A stretch of DNA of 64,000 nucleotides from Blastocystis sp. Blastoise (taxonomy: Eukaryota > Protista > Bigyra: Opalinata), in contig JBBPEB010000029.1 of assembly GCA_039096225.1 (NCBI GenBank), positions 186,001-250,000 on the forward strand. Direction: 5' to 3'. Numbering within the stretch: position 1 is the stretch's first letter; the number at the start of each line of letters is the position of its first letter. The position numbers were made by a program, and so were the translations under genes. Shown piece by piece: positions 14,801 to 29,559 of this stretch. The notes below the pieces were generated by a model. That model did no database searches, was not told where the DNA came from, and was given only the letters and a program-made list of their open reading frames with translations.

Positions 14801-16033
14801 GAATAAAAATGGAAAAAGAAGAAACTAAAAAGAGAATAGAAGGAGAGGATCAAAATATGAATAAGAAGGAGAAGGATAAGAAGGATAAGAATGACAAAGA
14901 GAAGGAGAATAAGAAAGAAAGAACGAGAAAGAGAAGAAGGAAAAAATAAACAGAAGAAGAAAGAGAAGGAGGAGAAGAATGAGAAGAAAAAGAATAGGAA
15001 GGAGAATGACAAAAAAAAACAAGAATGACAAGAATGGCAAAAGGAAAAAGGAGAAGAAGACAAATTATAGAAGGAGGAGAAGAAGAAAAATTATAGAAGA
15101 AGGAGAAGAAGAAAGATTAAGAAGAAGGAGAAGAAGGAAAAGGAGGAATCAAAAGAAGGAGAAGGAGGAAGGAGAAGAAGATGAAAAAATAAAATTATAA
15201 GAAGAAAAAGTAGAAGAAGAAAGAGAAAGAGAAGAACCACAAAGAAAAGGGGGAGAAGAAAGAAATTATAGAAGTAGAAGAAGGAAAAGAAAAGAGAAAA
15301 AGGAGAAAGAGAATAAGGACAAGAATAAGGTAAAAGTAAAAGTAAAAGAATCAATAGAAGAAAAAGTATGAGAAGAAGAATATTGAAAAGGAGATAGAGA
15401 AGTAGACGAATAAGTTGAGATAAAATGAGAAAGAAGAAGAAATAAAAGTATGGTAGTAGAAACAGAAGTAGAAATAGGTAGAAATAGATGGAAAAGGAAA
15501 ATGAGAATCAGTAGAAGAAGAAGAAGAAGAAGAAGAAAATGAGAAAGAGAAGAAGAAGAATGAGAAATAGAATATAGAAATGAAATAGAAGAAACAAGAA
15601 TGAAAGAAGTAGAAGAAGAAAAAATAATACTAATAATACGAATGTGAATGAGAATAAGAAGAAGAAATAGAAGAATAGCAATAATGGAATGAAAATGAAA
15701 AAAAAAAAGAAGAAGAAAGAGAAATAGAAAAAGAAGAACAAGAAGTAGTTGTAATAGAAATGGATGTAGAAGCATAAAAAAGTAGTAGAAGCAAAAGTAG
15801 GAGTAAGAGTTGAAGTTGGAGTACAAGCGAAGTAGAATAGAAATATAAGTAGAAATATAAGTAGAAGAATGAGAAGTAGTATTAGTAATAGTGTAGAAGT
15901 CGAAATGGAAGAAAAAAATAACAGTAAGTAGTAGTAGTAGAAATATGAGTAGAAGAACAAGTATAAATAGAAGAATAAAGGAAAGAAGGAAAGAAGCTGA
16001 AGTAGAAGAAGTATAAGGAAAAGAAGGTAAATA

Positions 16034-16066
<33 letters not shown>

Positions 16067-19000
16067 TAAGGAAAAGAAGGTAAATATAAGAATAATAATA
16101 ATAATAGTAAGGAGAAGTAGTAAAAAAGAAGAAACAGAAGAATAAGGAGGAAGAGGAAATGAGATGAATAAAGAAAAGTAAAAAGAAGTAAAATATTGAG
16201 AAATAGAACGAGAAGTAAAAGAATAATAAAAAACAAACTTTAATAAGTATGGATAGAAGAAAAAGAAAAAGAAAAATAATGAGAAATAGAATAAAGAGAT
16301 TGAAAATGATAAGAAAAAGGAAAGCATGAAAGATAATAGGAATGAGAATAAGAAGAATAAGTAGAAGTATAAGGAGGAGTATAAAGAAAATGGAGATAAG
16401 GAGTAGAAGCAGAAGGAGAAGCTAAGGTTGAAGAAAAATAGAAAGGATGATAATAAGAAAGATAAAAGAAATAGAAGGAAAACGAGAGTGTGAAGTAAAA
16501 TAAGAATAACAAAAATAAAAAGAAGCAGAAGGAAAACAAGAAGAACTAAATGAAAATGAGGAGAGGAAGAATTTGAAAAAGAAGAAATATAATAAGAAGA
16601 ATAAGAACAAGAAGAGGAATCACAAAAATAAAAAGAAAGATACTACAAATAAAAAGAATACTGAGGAAGACAAAATATAGAGTAAAAAATGATATAGAAG
16701 AAGCAGAAGATAGTGAATAAGGAGAAGAAGAAGATAAAGTAGAAGAAGAAGTAGATCGAGAAACAGAATAAAGGGAAATGAAAAGTAGAATGAAAATAAG
16801 TAAGAAAATAGGAATATATAAATAAGATGTAGAAGAAAAATTGAAGCAAAATGAGACGAATTTAGAATAAAACAGAATACGTTAAATTAGAAGAATATGA
16901 AGAATAAAAAATGAGAAGCATACAAGTAGAATAATGAGAAATAGACAAGCCTGTAGAAGAAAGGCAAAAAAAGAAGAATCTGGAAAAAACAAGAATAAGA
17001 ATAGAATAAGAATAAGAATAAGAATAAGAATGGAATAAAAACTGACTGAGAAAGTACTAGAAGTAGTAGAAGTAGTAGTAGTGTAAATAGACTTAGACTT
17101 AGACTTAGAAGCAGAAGGAGAAGCACAATTATGTATGTATAAATAGAAGAAACAAAGTATAAGTAAAATAGGAAAAAGAAAAGGCGAATAGATGAAGTAT
17201 AATTATAAATATAAATAGAAGAATGAGAAAGAGAATATGAATAAGAATAGATGAAGTATAATTATAAGTACAAATAGAAGAAGAAATAGAAGAAATAGAA
17301 GAAAAATATAATAGGAATAAGGAGTAGAATTAAAAGAGTCTAATATAAATAATAATAAAAAGAAGTTATACTAGTATAAGTAGATGTAAAATGATGAATA
17401 TAAGTTGATAAACAAGAAGTACTAGAAGTAGAAGAATAAGTAGAAGTAGAAGAAATCGAATTATAATAGAACTAAAATAAAAAGTAGACGAAAAAGAGTA
17501 GAAGTTCAAATTGAAGAATAAGAATTAATAGTAGTACGAGTACATGTAAAAGGAGAAGTGAACGTAGAAGGAGAAATAGTCATAAGTAGTGGTAGTAGAA
17601 GTAAAGAACAAGAAGAAGAAGAAGAAGGAAAACTAGAAAGTATAAGTAGAACTAGAAGTAGAAAAGAAAGTAGAAGTAGACGTGCATGTATAAATAAAAG
17701 TAAGAATAGAAGCACGAGTACAATGATAAGTAGAATTAGAATAAGAATAAATACTAGTAGAAAGAAATAGGAATAAGAATAATAACAAGTAGTAATAGAA
17801 CTAGTAGTAGTAGTAGAAATTGGAATAAGAATGAAAGTAAGTAATAATATAAGTACAAGTAAACAAAAAGTATAAGTACAAGTAGAAATAGAAGAATAAA
17901 GTAATGAATGAAAAAAAACTGAAGAAGACGAAGTATAAGGAATAGAATAAGAACAGAATAAAAAAGGAATGAAAATAATAATAATGATGTAAAAACGTGA
18001 AAAGAAGGAGAAGAATAAAGAAAAGGAAGAGAGACTATATAATTAGAAAGAGAATGAGAAGTAAAATAAGAAGAACAAGAACTAATATAAATAGAACGAT
18101 AATAAGAAATAGAAGGAGAAGGAGAATATCAAAAAGAGAGTGAGAATGAGAAGAAAAAGGAAAATATGAAAGATAATAGGAATAAGAATAAAAAGGATAA
18201 GTAGAAGTACAACGAAGAGAAAGGAAAATGAAGAGAAGAAGTAGAAGCAAAAGGAGATGATGATGTTGAAGAAAAACATGTTGGAGAATAATAATAAACC
18301 ACATAAGGAGAAACAAAAGGAAAAGAAGAATTTGATGTAAAATAATAAGTATATGAAAAAAGGAGAAGCAGAAGGAAAATGAGTAGACTTAAACTGAGAA
18401 TACATGACAGAGAATTTGAAAAAGAAGAAATAGGATGAGAATAGTAGGAAAAAGAGAGGAATGAGAATAAGAAATAGAATGACGATACAAATAAGAAGAA
18501 GAAAAAGAAAATATAGAGAAAAAAGATGATATAAAAGAATGAGAAGATAGGGAATAAGAAGAAGATAAAAAGTAGAAGAAGAAGAAGAAGAAGAAGAACC
18601 AAAGCTAGAACTAGAACAAAGAGAAGGAAAAGTAGAAGTTTAAAAAAGAAAGATAATAGGAGAAAAAGTAAGAATTAGAATAAGATATAGAAGGATAGTG
18701 AGAAGAATTTGGTGAAAATAGAATACGCAAAAGTAGAAGAATATATATAAATAAAAAGTGAGAAGTATACCAGCAGAGTAAGGAGAACTAGACAAGAAAG
18801 TAGATACAAGTAAAAGAAGAATTTGGAGAACAATAAGAATAAGAATATGACTAAGAGAGTAGTAGTAGAACCATAAGAGAAGTATGAATAGATGTAAAAG
18901 TATAAATGAAGTAGAAGGAGAACAATAAGTATGAGTAGAACCATATGTATAAGTATAATGAGAATAAGAATAAAATAAGAAAGATGACAATATGAAGTGT

Positions 19001-22000
19001 TAGTAGAAGGAAAATGAGATAAATAGTAGAATAAAAAGAAGAATATTAAGGAGAGAAAGTTTAGAAGTGGAAGGAGTACAATAAAAATAAGAATGAAGTG
19101 AATAAGAATAGGAATAAGAAGAATAAAAAGGAGAAATGAAAATAGAAGGAGAAGAAAGAAGATATAAAGGAGAATAATAATAAGTAGAAGGAGAAATAAA
19201 AAATAAGTTTAATAAGAATGAAAATAAGAATAATAGAATAAATTGAAGATAGAAAAGTATAAGAAAAGAAGGAAGAAGAAGGAAAGTGATAAGATGAAGA
19301 ATTAGAATAAATAATAAGAAAATGAAGAATACGAATAAGGAGTATGATAAGCAGAAGTGAATAAAAAGAATGAGAAATGGAAGGACAATACTAATAATAA
19401 TAATAAGAAAAAGAAGATACAAAAGGAGGAGGAGAAGAATGAAAAAAAGTTAAGGCTAACTAGAAGCAGAATAGTATAAAGATAATGATAATAAGATTGT
19501 AGAACAAGAAATAGAAGTAGAATAAGAAGAGAAATGATTAGGAAGTATAAGTAAAGTAAGAAGAGAAAGATATCATGAATAAGAAGAGAAAGATATCATG
19601 AATAAGAAGAGAAAGATATCATGAATAAGAATAAGAATAAAAAATGAAGTAGAAATACAAGCAGAAATAGAAGTAGAATAAGAGTGTAAAAATAAGGTGA
19701 ATAAGAATAAAATGTGGAAGATGAAGAAGTAGTAAAAGTTGAGTGAATAGTAAAGAGAAATGGAAAGTAGACACTAAGGCTTATGAAATGAAAACAAAGG
19801 AATAACACCAGAAATAAGAAGTAGAATTAGAATAAGAAGGAAATTAAGAATGAAATGCTGAAGTAGAAGAAGAATTAACAGGAGACAAGAATAAGTAGAA
19901 GGCGAAGCAGAACGAGAATAAGCGTAAAAATAATAATAATTAAAGAATAATATCAATTAAAAGAAGGAAAATAGGAATGAGAAGTAAAATAGAAATTACA
20001 ATAAAAAAAATAAGTAAAAGTAACTAGATAAGCAGAATGAAAATATGAATAGTATGATGAAGGGAAAGGAGAATGAGAAAGTCGCATATGAAGGAAAGCG
20101 AGAAGTAGCACGAGGATAGTAATAAAAATAAGAAAGAGAAATTAAAAAATAAGGAGACGTGGAATAAGAAGGAGAAAGTGAGATATATGGAAAAACTAAA
20201 TAAGAAACAAAATATTAAGTAAAATAAGAAGTAAAAAAAGAAGTAAAAAAAGAAGTAACAACAATATATGAAAAAGAAGAAGTTGAAGAAGTTGAAGAAG
20301 GAGAAGAAAAATAAGAATAAGAGAAATATATCTAAGAATAATAAAAAGAAGATGACAATAACAAGGAGAAGTAAATTTACAAGGAGAAAAAAAAAGAAAG
20401 GAAACATAAGTGAAGAAGGAGAATAAGGAGAAGTAGAATAAGATGTACAGGTGAAGAAGAATAAGTAGTAGACGTAAAGTAAGAAGAATAAGAATAAGAA
20501 TGAAAGGATAAGAAGAAGGATAAGAAGAAGAAGAAGAAGAATGAAAAGGAAAGGATAATTAGAAGTATAATAATAAAATATAATAGTAGAATTCGTGAAG
20601 AGGTAATAGTTATGAAAACAAATAAAGAAAAATTAATATCTATACAAAAAAGAAGAAAAAGATGTAGTAAGAAGTGTATTAGAATGAAGAATGAAGAATG
20701 AAGAATGAAGAATGAAGAATGAAGAATGAAGAATGAAATTTTGTAAACCAAAAAATTTAATAAATAAAAGAATAATAAATTGCAACTTTCCTAATAGACT
20801 AATAATATTTGTAATCAATTTTTTGTTTTATAGAAGAAACAATAAAAATACCACTAGGTCTAAAGAATATATAATATTATAAAAATAGAATATTAATAAT
20901 TATAATATAAAGAAAAAAATAACATATATATTATTAATAGTCAGTTAAAACAAACTAACTATATTATTAAATACATATATACCTTAATAAAGACTTGAAT
21001 CATCGCAATCTGATTCCCAAGTTGTGCTTAAATACGCTAAGATTCTATAAATAAATACGTAGAATAAATTAATAAAATTAATTAAAGTATAAACATATTA
21101 GAAAAACAACAAGATAGAAAAATAGGAGCTAATTCAATTATAAAAAGTATAATATAAAATTAAAAAAAGATAGGGATGCTATTAGAATGATAGTGATGTA
21201 TTAATAGCATAGACAAGAAATAGATATAGCAAAAAATAAACAAAATGAGAAAAATGAAAAATATCTATATACCTTAGATTCATCAGTATTGTTTACCAAG
21301 ACCTTTTGAATTGATCTGAAACCAGATGAAGTTTGTTTTGAGCATATAAACAAGAAATAACCCATTGATCAACTGATTACTATATAAAATTAAATATTTG
21401 AAGAGAGTAAACTATATAATATATATATTTATAACTAGAAAACATACATAGATTCATTTTATATGCTTATAATGAAAATATATGAAATAAATCAATATTT
21501 GATTTTCAAGAAATAACCATTCTGAGGATGGAAACAGAGGAAAAACAGCCTAAATAGCGGAATTAATCTCTTCTATAGAAACTTTTTTGGGTTTCAGTGA
21601 ACAAGTTTTAAAAATAATTTCTAGAGATTCAAAGTATGGTATAAAAAGTCTTCTTTGATATGGTCCCTATTCTTGGAGTCTTTCAGAATCACTTAAATCT
21701 TTGGAAAACCGTATTCAGCTACGGCTTAAATGAACTCCTAAAAAAGAATATTTTTTAAATATTATTATATGGATTATTTGCTTATTTAGAAGGTTATTTT
21801 ATTATTTATATTTATATTATATTTTATTAGGTAGATTATTATAGATTAGGCTTGAAATGAATCCAGATAATAAACCAATTAGTGATTCATTCTTTCACGT
21901 ATATACTTATTTGATTTACCATTATTTATATAGGTTTAGAAACATGATTTAGAGAGCCCGGTGGAGTTGGCTACAATATTGGAAGAAAACGCAATGATCG

Positions 22001-23179
22001 GAATTTCCTCTTTAAGAATATTCTTTGGTGTATGTTCTAGTGGTATATTATTTTGTTTTTTGTTTGTATATTTAATTATTTATTTAGGAAATTCAAAAGA
22101 AAAAAGTAATTGGTCTCCATCTACTAAGAAAATTGATGTCTAGGTCCTTCTTTTGATTTTTATTATTTTATTTTTTTATCAGAAGTATATATTTATGTTA
22201 TTAATGCTATATTGTATCTAATTATATAGAAATGGCAAGTGATTATTGTTTTGGAATTTTTGTAACTTTTCGATTTCAGCACAATTATCGAGTCCTTAAA
22301 AGTATATAAATATATTAAATAATTATTTTTTTCTATAGATATATGGAGTAAATTGATATGGTTATATATACAAAAAAAAATACTAGAAGAATATGGCTAA
22401 AAAGTATATATTTTTTTATTTTTATATTATTAAAATTATATATATTTGTTTAATTAAATTTGTATATTGTAGTTATTTATTTTTGTTATAACTGAGGCTC
22501 TAACATTGATATATGGTTCAAATATATATATATATATTTTTATTATTTATAAATTCTTAATATTTTATTAATTTATTATATTATTTTTCTATATAGGACT
22601 ATTAATTATCATTCTTTTATTATAGTTTATATATATATATATGTATTATTTATTTTCGATATATTTTATTCTTATTCATATATATAGTATTATTAAGCTA
22701 TGTACTCATTAGCTTCTCTACATCAATACTATTATGTGACTAGGTATATTATATATATATTTAATTATTAGCATATTATTTTCTATTACTTCTTAATATA
22801 TATATATATATATTTATATATTAACTAGTATTTTTATATAGAGAATGTGACGTTTCCCTTATGTTATAAACTTCATGGTCATCAATTTTTATATCTAAGG
22901 TATATAGTTTTTATATGTAAGTAATTGTTTTATTGTAGTATATTGTTTCACATTATTTTTATATATTATTCTATTTTCCGTACAATAATTTTTTATTTTT
23001 TTTATATAATTTATATTATGTACCTATAATTACTAATAATATCCTATTGTTTATATTTCTGTTATTCATGTCTCTATAGTTTTATTAGTTATATAAAAAT
23101 ATAACTAGTAAAACTGTAATTACATATATATATTATATAGGTGTTATATAAATATACGAATGTTGCTTTAGTTGAAGAA

Positions 23180-23262
<83 letters not shown>

Positions 23263-24148
23263 GTTATAGACTTTTATTGTATTCTTTTTATATTATTATT
23301 TTATACATTTTTCTCTCTATATAACATATTCACAGATATATTTACCAAATATATACTCTTTAGAAAATTGATATATGTTTTATTTTGGAAGTTGATAATA
23401 TATACTAGAATCAGTTCATATCAATTGTTTATTCTTAAACTTTATATATATATATATATATTATTTATCAAAGTCAAAGTTATATATAAATAGAATAATG
23501 AAGAATTATCTATATATAGTGGTCTTTAGTTCTATTACTACATTATTTTTATGTATTTAAGGTATATATAAATATATTATATATATACTTTTATATATAC
23601 TTATTATATAAATATAAACTTATAGACTTATATATAGTAATATATCAGTTATCCTTTTATTTTTCTCATGAGTTTTTAAGTATATAGTCTTTTTATCTTA
23701 TTATATATATAATACATTTTTTATAATTGACACAAAAGGTAATATTATTTGTATATATAATTTTATCTCAACTATTCTTCTATTTTATTCTTTTATATCA
23801 CTTTTTCTTTCTATAACTATATTATGTATTATCATTTTATAATATAATTTGTTTATAGTTAATTATGTATATATATGTAGTAACAGTAATAACTCTTCTT
23901 TTTATCTCTTTTGTTCAATTATACTAGTATATTTTCTATGATAATATATATACTTTGTATTTATCTCCTTTTATATATATTATCTATTTATTTTGATACT
24001 AATTATATATACACTTAGTGTTATGTATACTACATTTTCTTTTTGTTTATAATACTATACTAATATCATTTTTATTATATATAGGATTAAGGATATATAT
24101 AATTGTTTTGAATGATTTACTTTTGTATTATGTTAAACCTTATTTTCT

Positions 24149-24189
<41 letters not shown>

Positions 24190-24908
24190 TTTTCTTTATA
24201 TTTTCCAGCTTTCTTTTCTATTATATACATTTATACTCACTATAGTGTACTATTATTAATATATATAGTTTGTGAAGATATTAAATAGATTCTACGTAAA
24301 GAGTATGTATTTTAATTGTTTTAATACATATACATAATATGTTCCTATGTTATATTTAAATATATATATTTTTTACTTTATATATATATTTTTCTCATAA
24401 TTACATATATGTATATATTCATATATATATATATATAGACTTGGTATTCCCTTAATTAATTCATGCCGTCTTATTCATTCATTTTATATATATAGTCTAT
24501 AATCAGCTTTTATGAATTATTACAAATAATGTATACAATCCTTTTGTATGTATTTTATTTATATTTATATAGCTTGCTATGTAGTATTTTCTATTATAAC
24601 AATATAATGTGTTTATTTTATTTATATATATATTAATTTTTTTTTTAATCTATATATAGAACGTATCTTTAGCTTATCTTCTATGTTCGTATACAACTTA
24701 ATATAGATAGTATATATTGTATATATTTATTATATATATTGTTTGCTAATATTCTATTTTTAACTTTATTCTTAATTACATTATATTCTATTGTATATTG
24801 AAATAATCTTTTTATTCTACATGTTTTTATTATTTAGGTTAGTATTAATAGGTGTAATAGAGTATATATATATATAATTACAATATTTTTATAGTCTCTT
24901 TTCTTCAA

Positions 24909-24941
<33 letters not shown>

Positions 24942-26549
24942 TATTCATATAATTAATATTCCTTAGACTGAATATGGTCAGTAGCAATCATTAATAGATT
25001 GCTATCAGGTTCAATTCCTGATCTAAGGTTGTATACTATATTTTTTATAAAAAAATTTAAATGTTTTTTCCCTATAGGTATTCTCATTCATTAGAACCAA
25101 TATGAATAAATACATTGAGTTTCATGCAATTGAATCAACTCTATACGTCGTTAGTCGCTCTTTTATAATAATTTTAGATACCTTTACTTAAAACCAAACA
25201 CATTCACAATTACAATCACCCAAAATTATCTAGTCATTATTTTGTTGAGTTATGTATCCTATTCATCAATTTTACACACAAATAAAAAATAAATATTCAT
25301 CAATAATATCTTGAAGTCTATAAACACGCAATACATTATTTGTTTATACTCTTAAAAGGCATTTCTACTGTTTATATTAATATGATTGACACTAAGAATC
25401 ATTTCTAACCAACTTTAAAAACTTTTGAAGAACCTTAACAAATTTACATTACCTAAAAAACTATTATAATCAACTTTGGCTTATACGAGTCATGATTAAA
25501 TTTAAATTATTAATAGAAATTCATAATAAAGGCATTCTATCTCAACATATCACCAAGAGAAATCAATTATGTTTGTAACTTCCCTAAAATTAAATTAATT
25601 ACTAAAAGACGTATTTTAATTAATGTAGAATTCAAATTCAAACACACATAAACTCATCATTTCTGACAATTTTACACATTTAGACAATCTAGTGAGTATC
25701 ACATAATCAACTAATTCTTGTTGTCTTCATCAAGTCTAACGATTTCCTTATGACAAGAAGCATCAATTTTATTTTATTCAACACTCTATAAATAATTAAT
25801 CAATTAACTAATTTTATTTACTTAAATACATACTCCAATAACAACAACAAGACATCAGGAGTGAGAATAACTGATTAAACTATTTAAATAAAATAATTAA
25901 TAATAAAAAGTAGAAATATTAGGATTTTAATAATTTTTAATAAGTTAATTTATAGTGAAGTTTCAATAATCATATAAAAAATATGATTAATTTAGCTTTT
26001 GTATGTTCTAAGCATATATCTATCTATATATAGTCCCTAGGAGTATATTAGAGTACCTTCCAGTCTCCATTGGCAGATTGATCTAAACTGGTATGTTCTC
26101 TTTCTCTATTATGAGCTAATCTAGGTGATGTAAAGTGGTTGTACTAGATGGTCAGCTATTGTGTCGTGGTTATAAATGGGATGATGTGACGTCACCATAT
26201 AAAACTATTTCTTTAGGTTTTATCAATGAGTGGGAAATGCTTGGCTATGTTAACTGAGCGTTGCTTGAAACTTTCAAAAAATCAATTGGTCAAATGTCTA
26301 AACAGATTTGTCTTGAATCATACAGAATCATGATCTATTCACATAATCACTACATCTACAATTCAAATATTCATATTTGAAGTTACTTGGTTTAACTCAT
26401 ATTCTGATTCTAGATGTATATATTTTCTACATTTTTTTTATATAAATATAATTATATAATTATATTAATGTTTATATAGGTTGTTATATAGCTATTAAAT
26501 CTAGTTCTTGCTTTTCTTGTCACTAAATTCTTGGTTCTTCTCTTTTATG

Positions 26550-26580
<31 letters not shown>

Positions 26581-29522
26581 TATCTGTCAAACGCGTATTG
26601 TTTTTTTCTCAAACGCGTATTTTCTCAAGATTATTTTCTAAAATAAAAGAATAACTGTGATATTTTTTTCTTAGCTATATAACTTTTTATGTCAAGCTTC
26701 AGTGCTATTACACACAACATATGATTAAATATTTCATTAGTGCCTTATGAAGAAGAAAAATAAGAGTCAAATTGTATTCATTTCAAGGGTGTACTCTGTC
26801 AAACTTTGTTAGGTCATTCTGATTTCGTAAATACACATAGAGAATGAGTTCTGACATAATCTTGTCGACAAATAAGTCTTTGAAACTGTCTTCTAGGTCG
26901 TGATACTGAACTTCATATTCTTTGTTTGTTTTAATTTATTATGATTTACTTTCTACAGAGTACTTTAAATATATTGTAATGACTTAAAAGCTAAATATAT
27001 GAGATAAAATTTTGAATGGGTTGAAATCCCTATTATAAATAATCAGATTCTTCTCAAATTGATTTCAACTATTGTACTATGATTAAATGATTGAACTAAT
27101 TAATAAAATAAATAAAACAATAAATATATTTGTCATGTCATAATTCTATTTTTCAGGTTTCTGTCTTTTATTTCAGACAGTCATATTTTTATTTTTAGGT
27201 TGCATATGACGTGAATATTTTTCATAATAATTTTTGTAGATTATAAAATATTTTATAATTATTAGAATTGTAAATGATTAACTTCCAATATCATCAAACT
27301 AAAAATAATTATATTTTCTTGAGTACCAAATACTTTTGACTACAACAATAAGCAAAAAACATAAAAATTAGTTCTTCATAGTTTATTAACACTAAACAGA
27401 AAATTTGATTTATTATGGATTTGCAAGCGTCTAGTTTCACCAAATTGATTTATTTATAATTTTAATTTATAGTTATAAGATATATGTTATGTGAACTTTA
27501 ATATTATGTTAATAAATATCTTTTTAATATTTTCCTTATGGAGAAAAATAATCATTTTCAATTGACGTTAAAGTGTTTTTCTAAAAAAGGGTTGTTACAC
27601 TTAGTGATAGTTCTTGATAATTATTGAATTAAAAACAAAAAAAATATATTCTTATATATTTAACACTCTCTTATATAAATATTCAAATGATATTTTAAAA
27701 AACAAATAATTCTTACTGGTATAAAGAAAGCTGCTAAAAGAAAGAAAAAGCCAAAAAAAAAATGATTTTTTTCTGTTATTAATTAATGTCAGGTTACCTA
27801 TCTCTTCATGTAGATTGGGAACAGTTTATATATATTAAATTAGTACAATGTTAAGTATCTCTATTTAGTAAAATATAGATTTATATATAAATATTTTAAT
27901 ATTTATTAACACAAAAGAAATTATATGTATATGGCTTTTTGAGTTTTTTACACTTTTTTCTTTTTTCCCATATTGAAAAATAGAAATTCAAAAGTATGTG
28001 CAGTTTCAAACTGTTTATATGCTTGCTATTACATTATGATAGTGAAAATTCTAGAATCAATACATTATGATACAACACAATGAAATGCATTTTTTTCATA
28101 CTTTTTGACAATAAAGTAATATAAATTATAAATAAATTTCAGAATTTTAAATTATTTAAAAATGATAGATATTCGACTATAGTTGCAAAAAATATAATAA
28201 AGAGAAATAAACACATAAAGAAAACATATATATATTTGACATAATATACATTTTTTAAAAACTCGTTTTAGGGTATTGTTATCATGCCCTTGAATCAATA
28301 AATATTTCATTAATTGTTTTCAAGGTTTATATATATAATATAGATTGATAGATGCATAATATACCAAAATTTCAATACTCTGTGACTTATTATTAACCGT
28401 CAAAATATCATAGTTAGTTAGTGTTTTTATGAAAAACAATAAAAAATGTAAAAAAAAATAAAATCCTCTTTTTGAAACACTAAATTTAATTTCAAATATT
28501 TTAATATAAATAATATAAATAAGCACGGCTTATATTTTATACATATATAAAAATAGAAACTAGTTAATCATTCTATGAACTTCAGTAATCAGGAATATTC
28601 ATGGAGTAAAGGAATGAGTGTGAAATTTTTTGTTGTCTTTTTCATTATTCTTAATTTTTATTATATGTTTATACATAGATATTATTTTATAAATAACTTG
28701 ACATATTATTTCTTTAACTAATTTATTTTATGAGTAGGATTGTTAACTCAATATATAAAACTATAAAAAACAGTTGTTAATTGTGTGTCTAAAGGTAGTG
28801 TATTTCTTAATGTTAAGTGATTATTTTATCATTTATATTAGTCTTGATTTAGGGTTGATTATAATATCCAACAAATAATGATTTTTAATGATAATAATAT
28901 GAGAATTAGCACTAAATTATTGATAAGATATTACTAATTTTTAAGATAGATACGTTAACAATAATTGCAGACGATATAGACCTCATTTATGTTGTAATAG
29001 ACTAATTTTGAAAGAACATTATTCAAGTGATACTTGCTCAAACTCATTTGAGTGAAAATTATTTGTATATTCTTGAAGATAAACATATTCTTATATATTT
29101 TTTAGATTAACTCTTTTTAATAAGTCGCTCTTGTCATTAAAAAAGTTGGTACTATAAAATAAGACGAGCAACTTTGTGTACTGATTTTTCATTGTGTATT
29201 ATGTGTATACACTTCATATTTATGAAGTAGTCTCTGATAGATTAGAAAAGAGTTTATGCAAAAAATTATTTAAAAAAAATAAATATCAACTGAGTTCAAC
29301 CAAAAACAAAATATACACAAAAACATAAAAATACGCGTTTGAGAAAAAAACGATACGCGTTTGACAGATATTATTAACTTCTTATGTTTTGATTTTATAA
29401 TATAAATTTCTTAATTTTTGAAAATTATTTCTATTTATACATATTATTAGTTTCTTCTATGTACTTATTTGAAGTTTTTATTAATATTAATTTATGCACT
29501 TTTTTCTTTTTTTTAATTATAT

Positions 29523-29559
<37 letters not shown>

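Noticed and set aside
14368-20818. Dozens of F/L/S/Y-rich minus-strand ORFs and K/R/E-rich plus-strand ORFs (up to 353 aa)
   Set aside because: They overlap in all frames and arise because the C/T-rich strand is depleted of stop codons; no domain signal.
24880-24960. MALAT1-type U-A.U triple helix upstream of the cloverleaves
   Set aside because: No A-rich tract directly 5' of either cloverleaf, so the mascRNA analogy covers only the tRNA mimic.
24961-25028. Canonical tRNA-Leu(TAA), or an ochre suppressor explaining in-frame TAA codons
   Set aside because: It lacks the U8/R9 linker, purine 37 and the long Leu variable arm, and the loop centre is TAA rather than TTA. In-frame stops co-occur with frameshifts in pseudogenes, while intact genes end normally in TAA or TAG.
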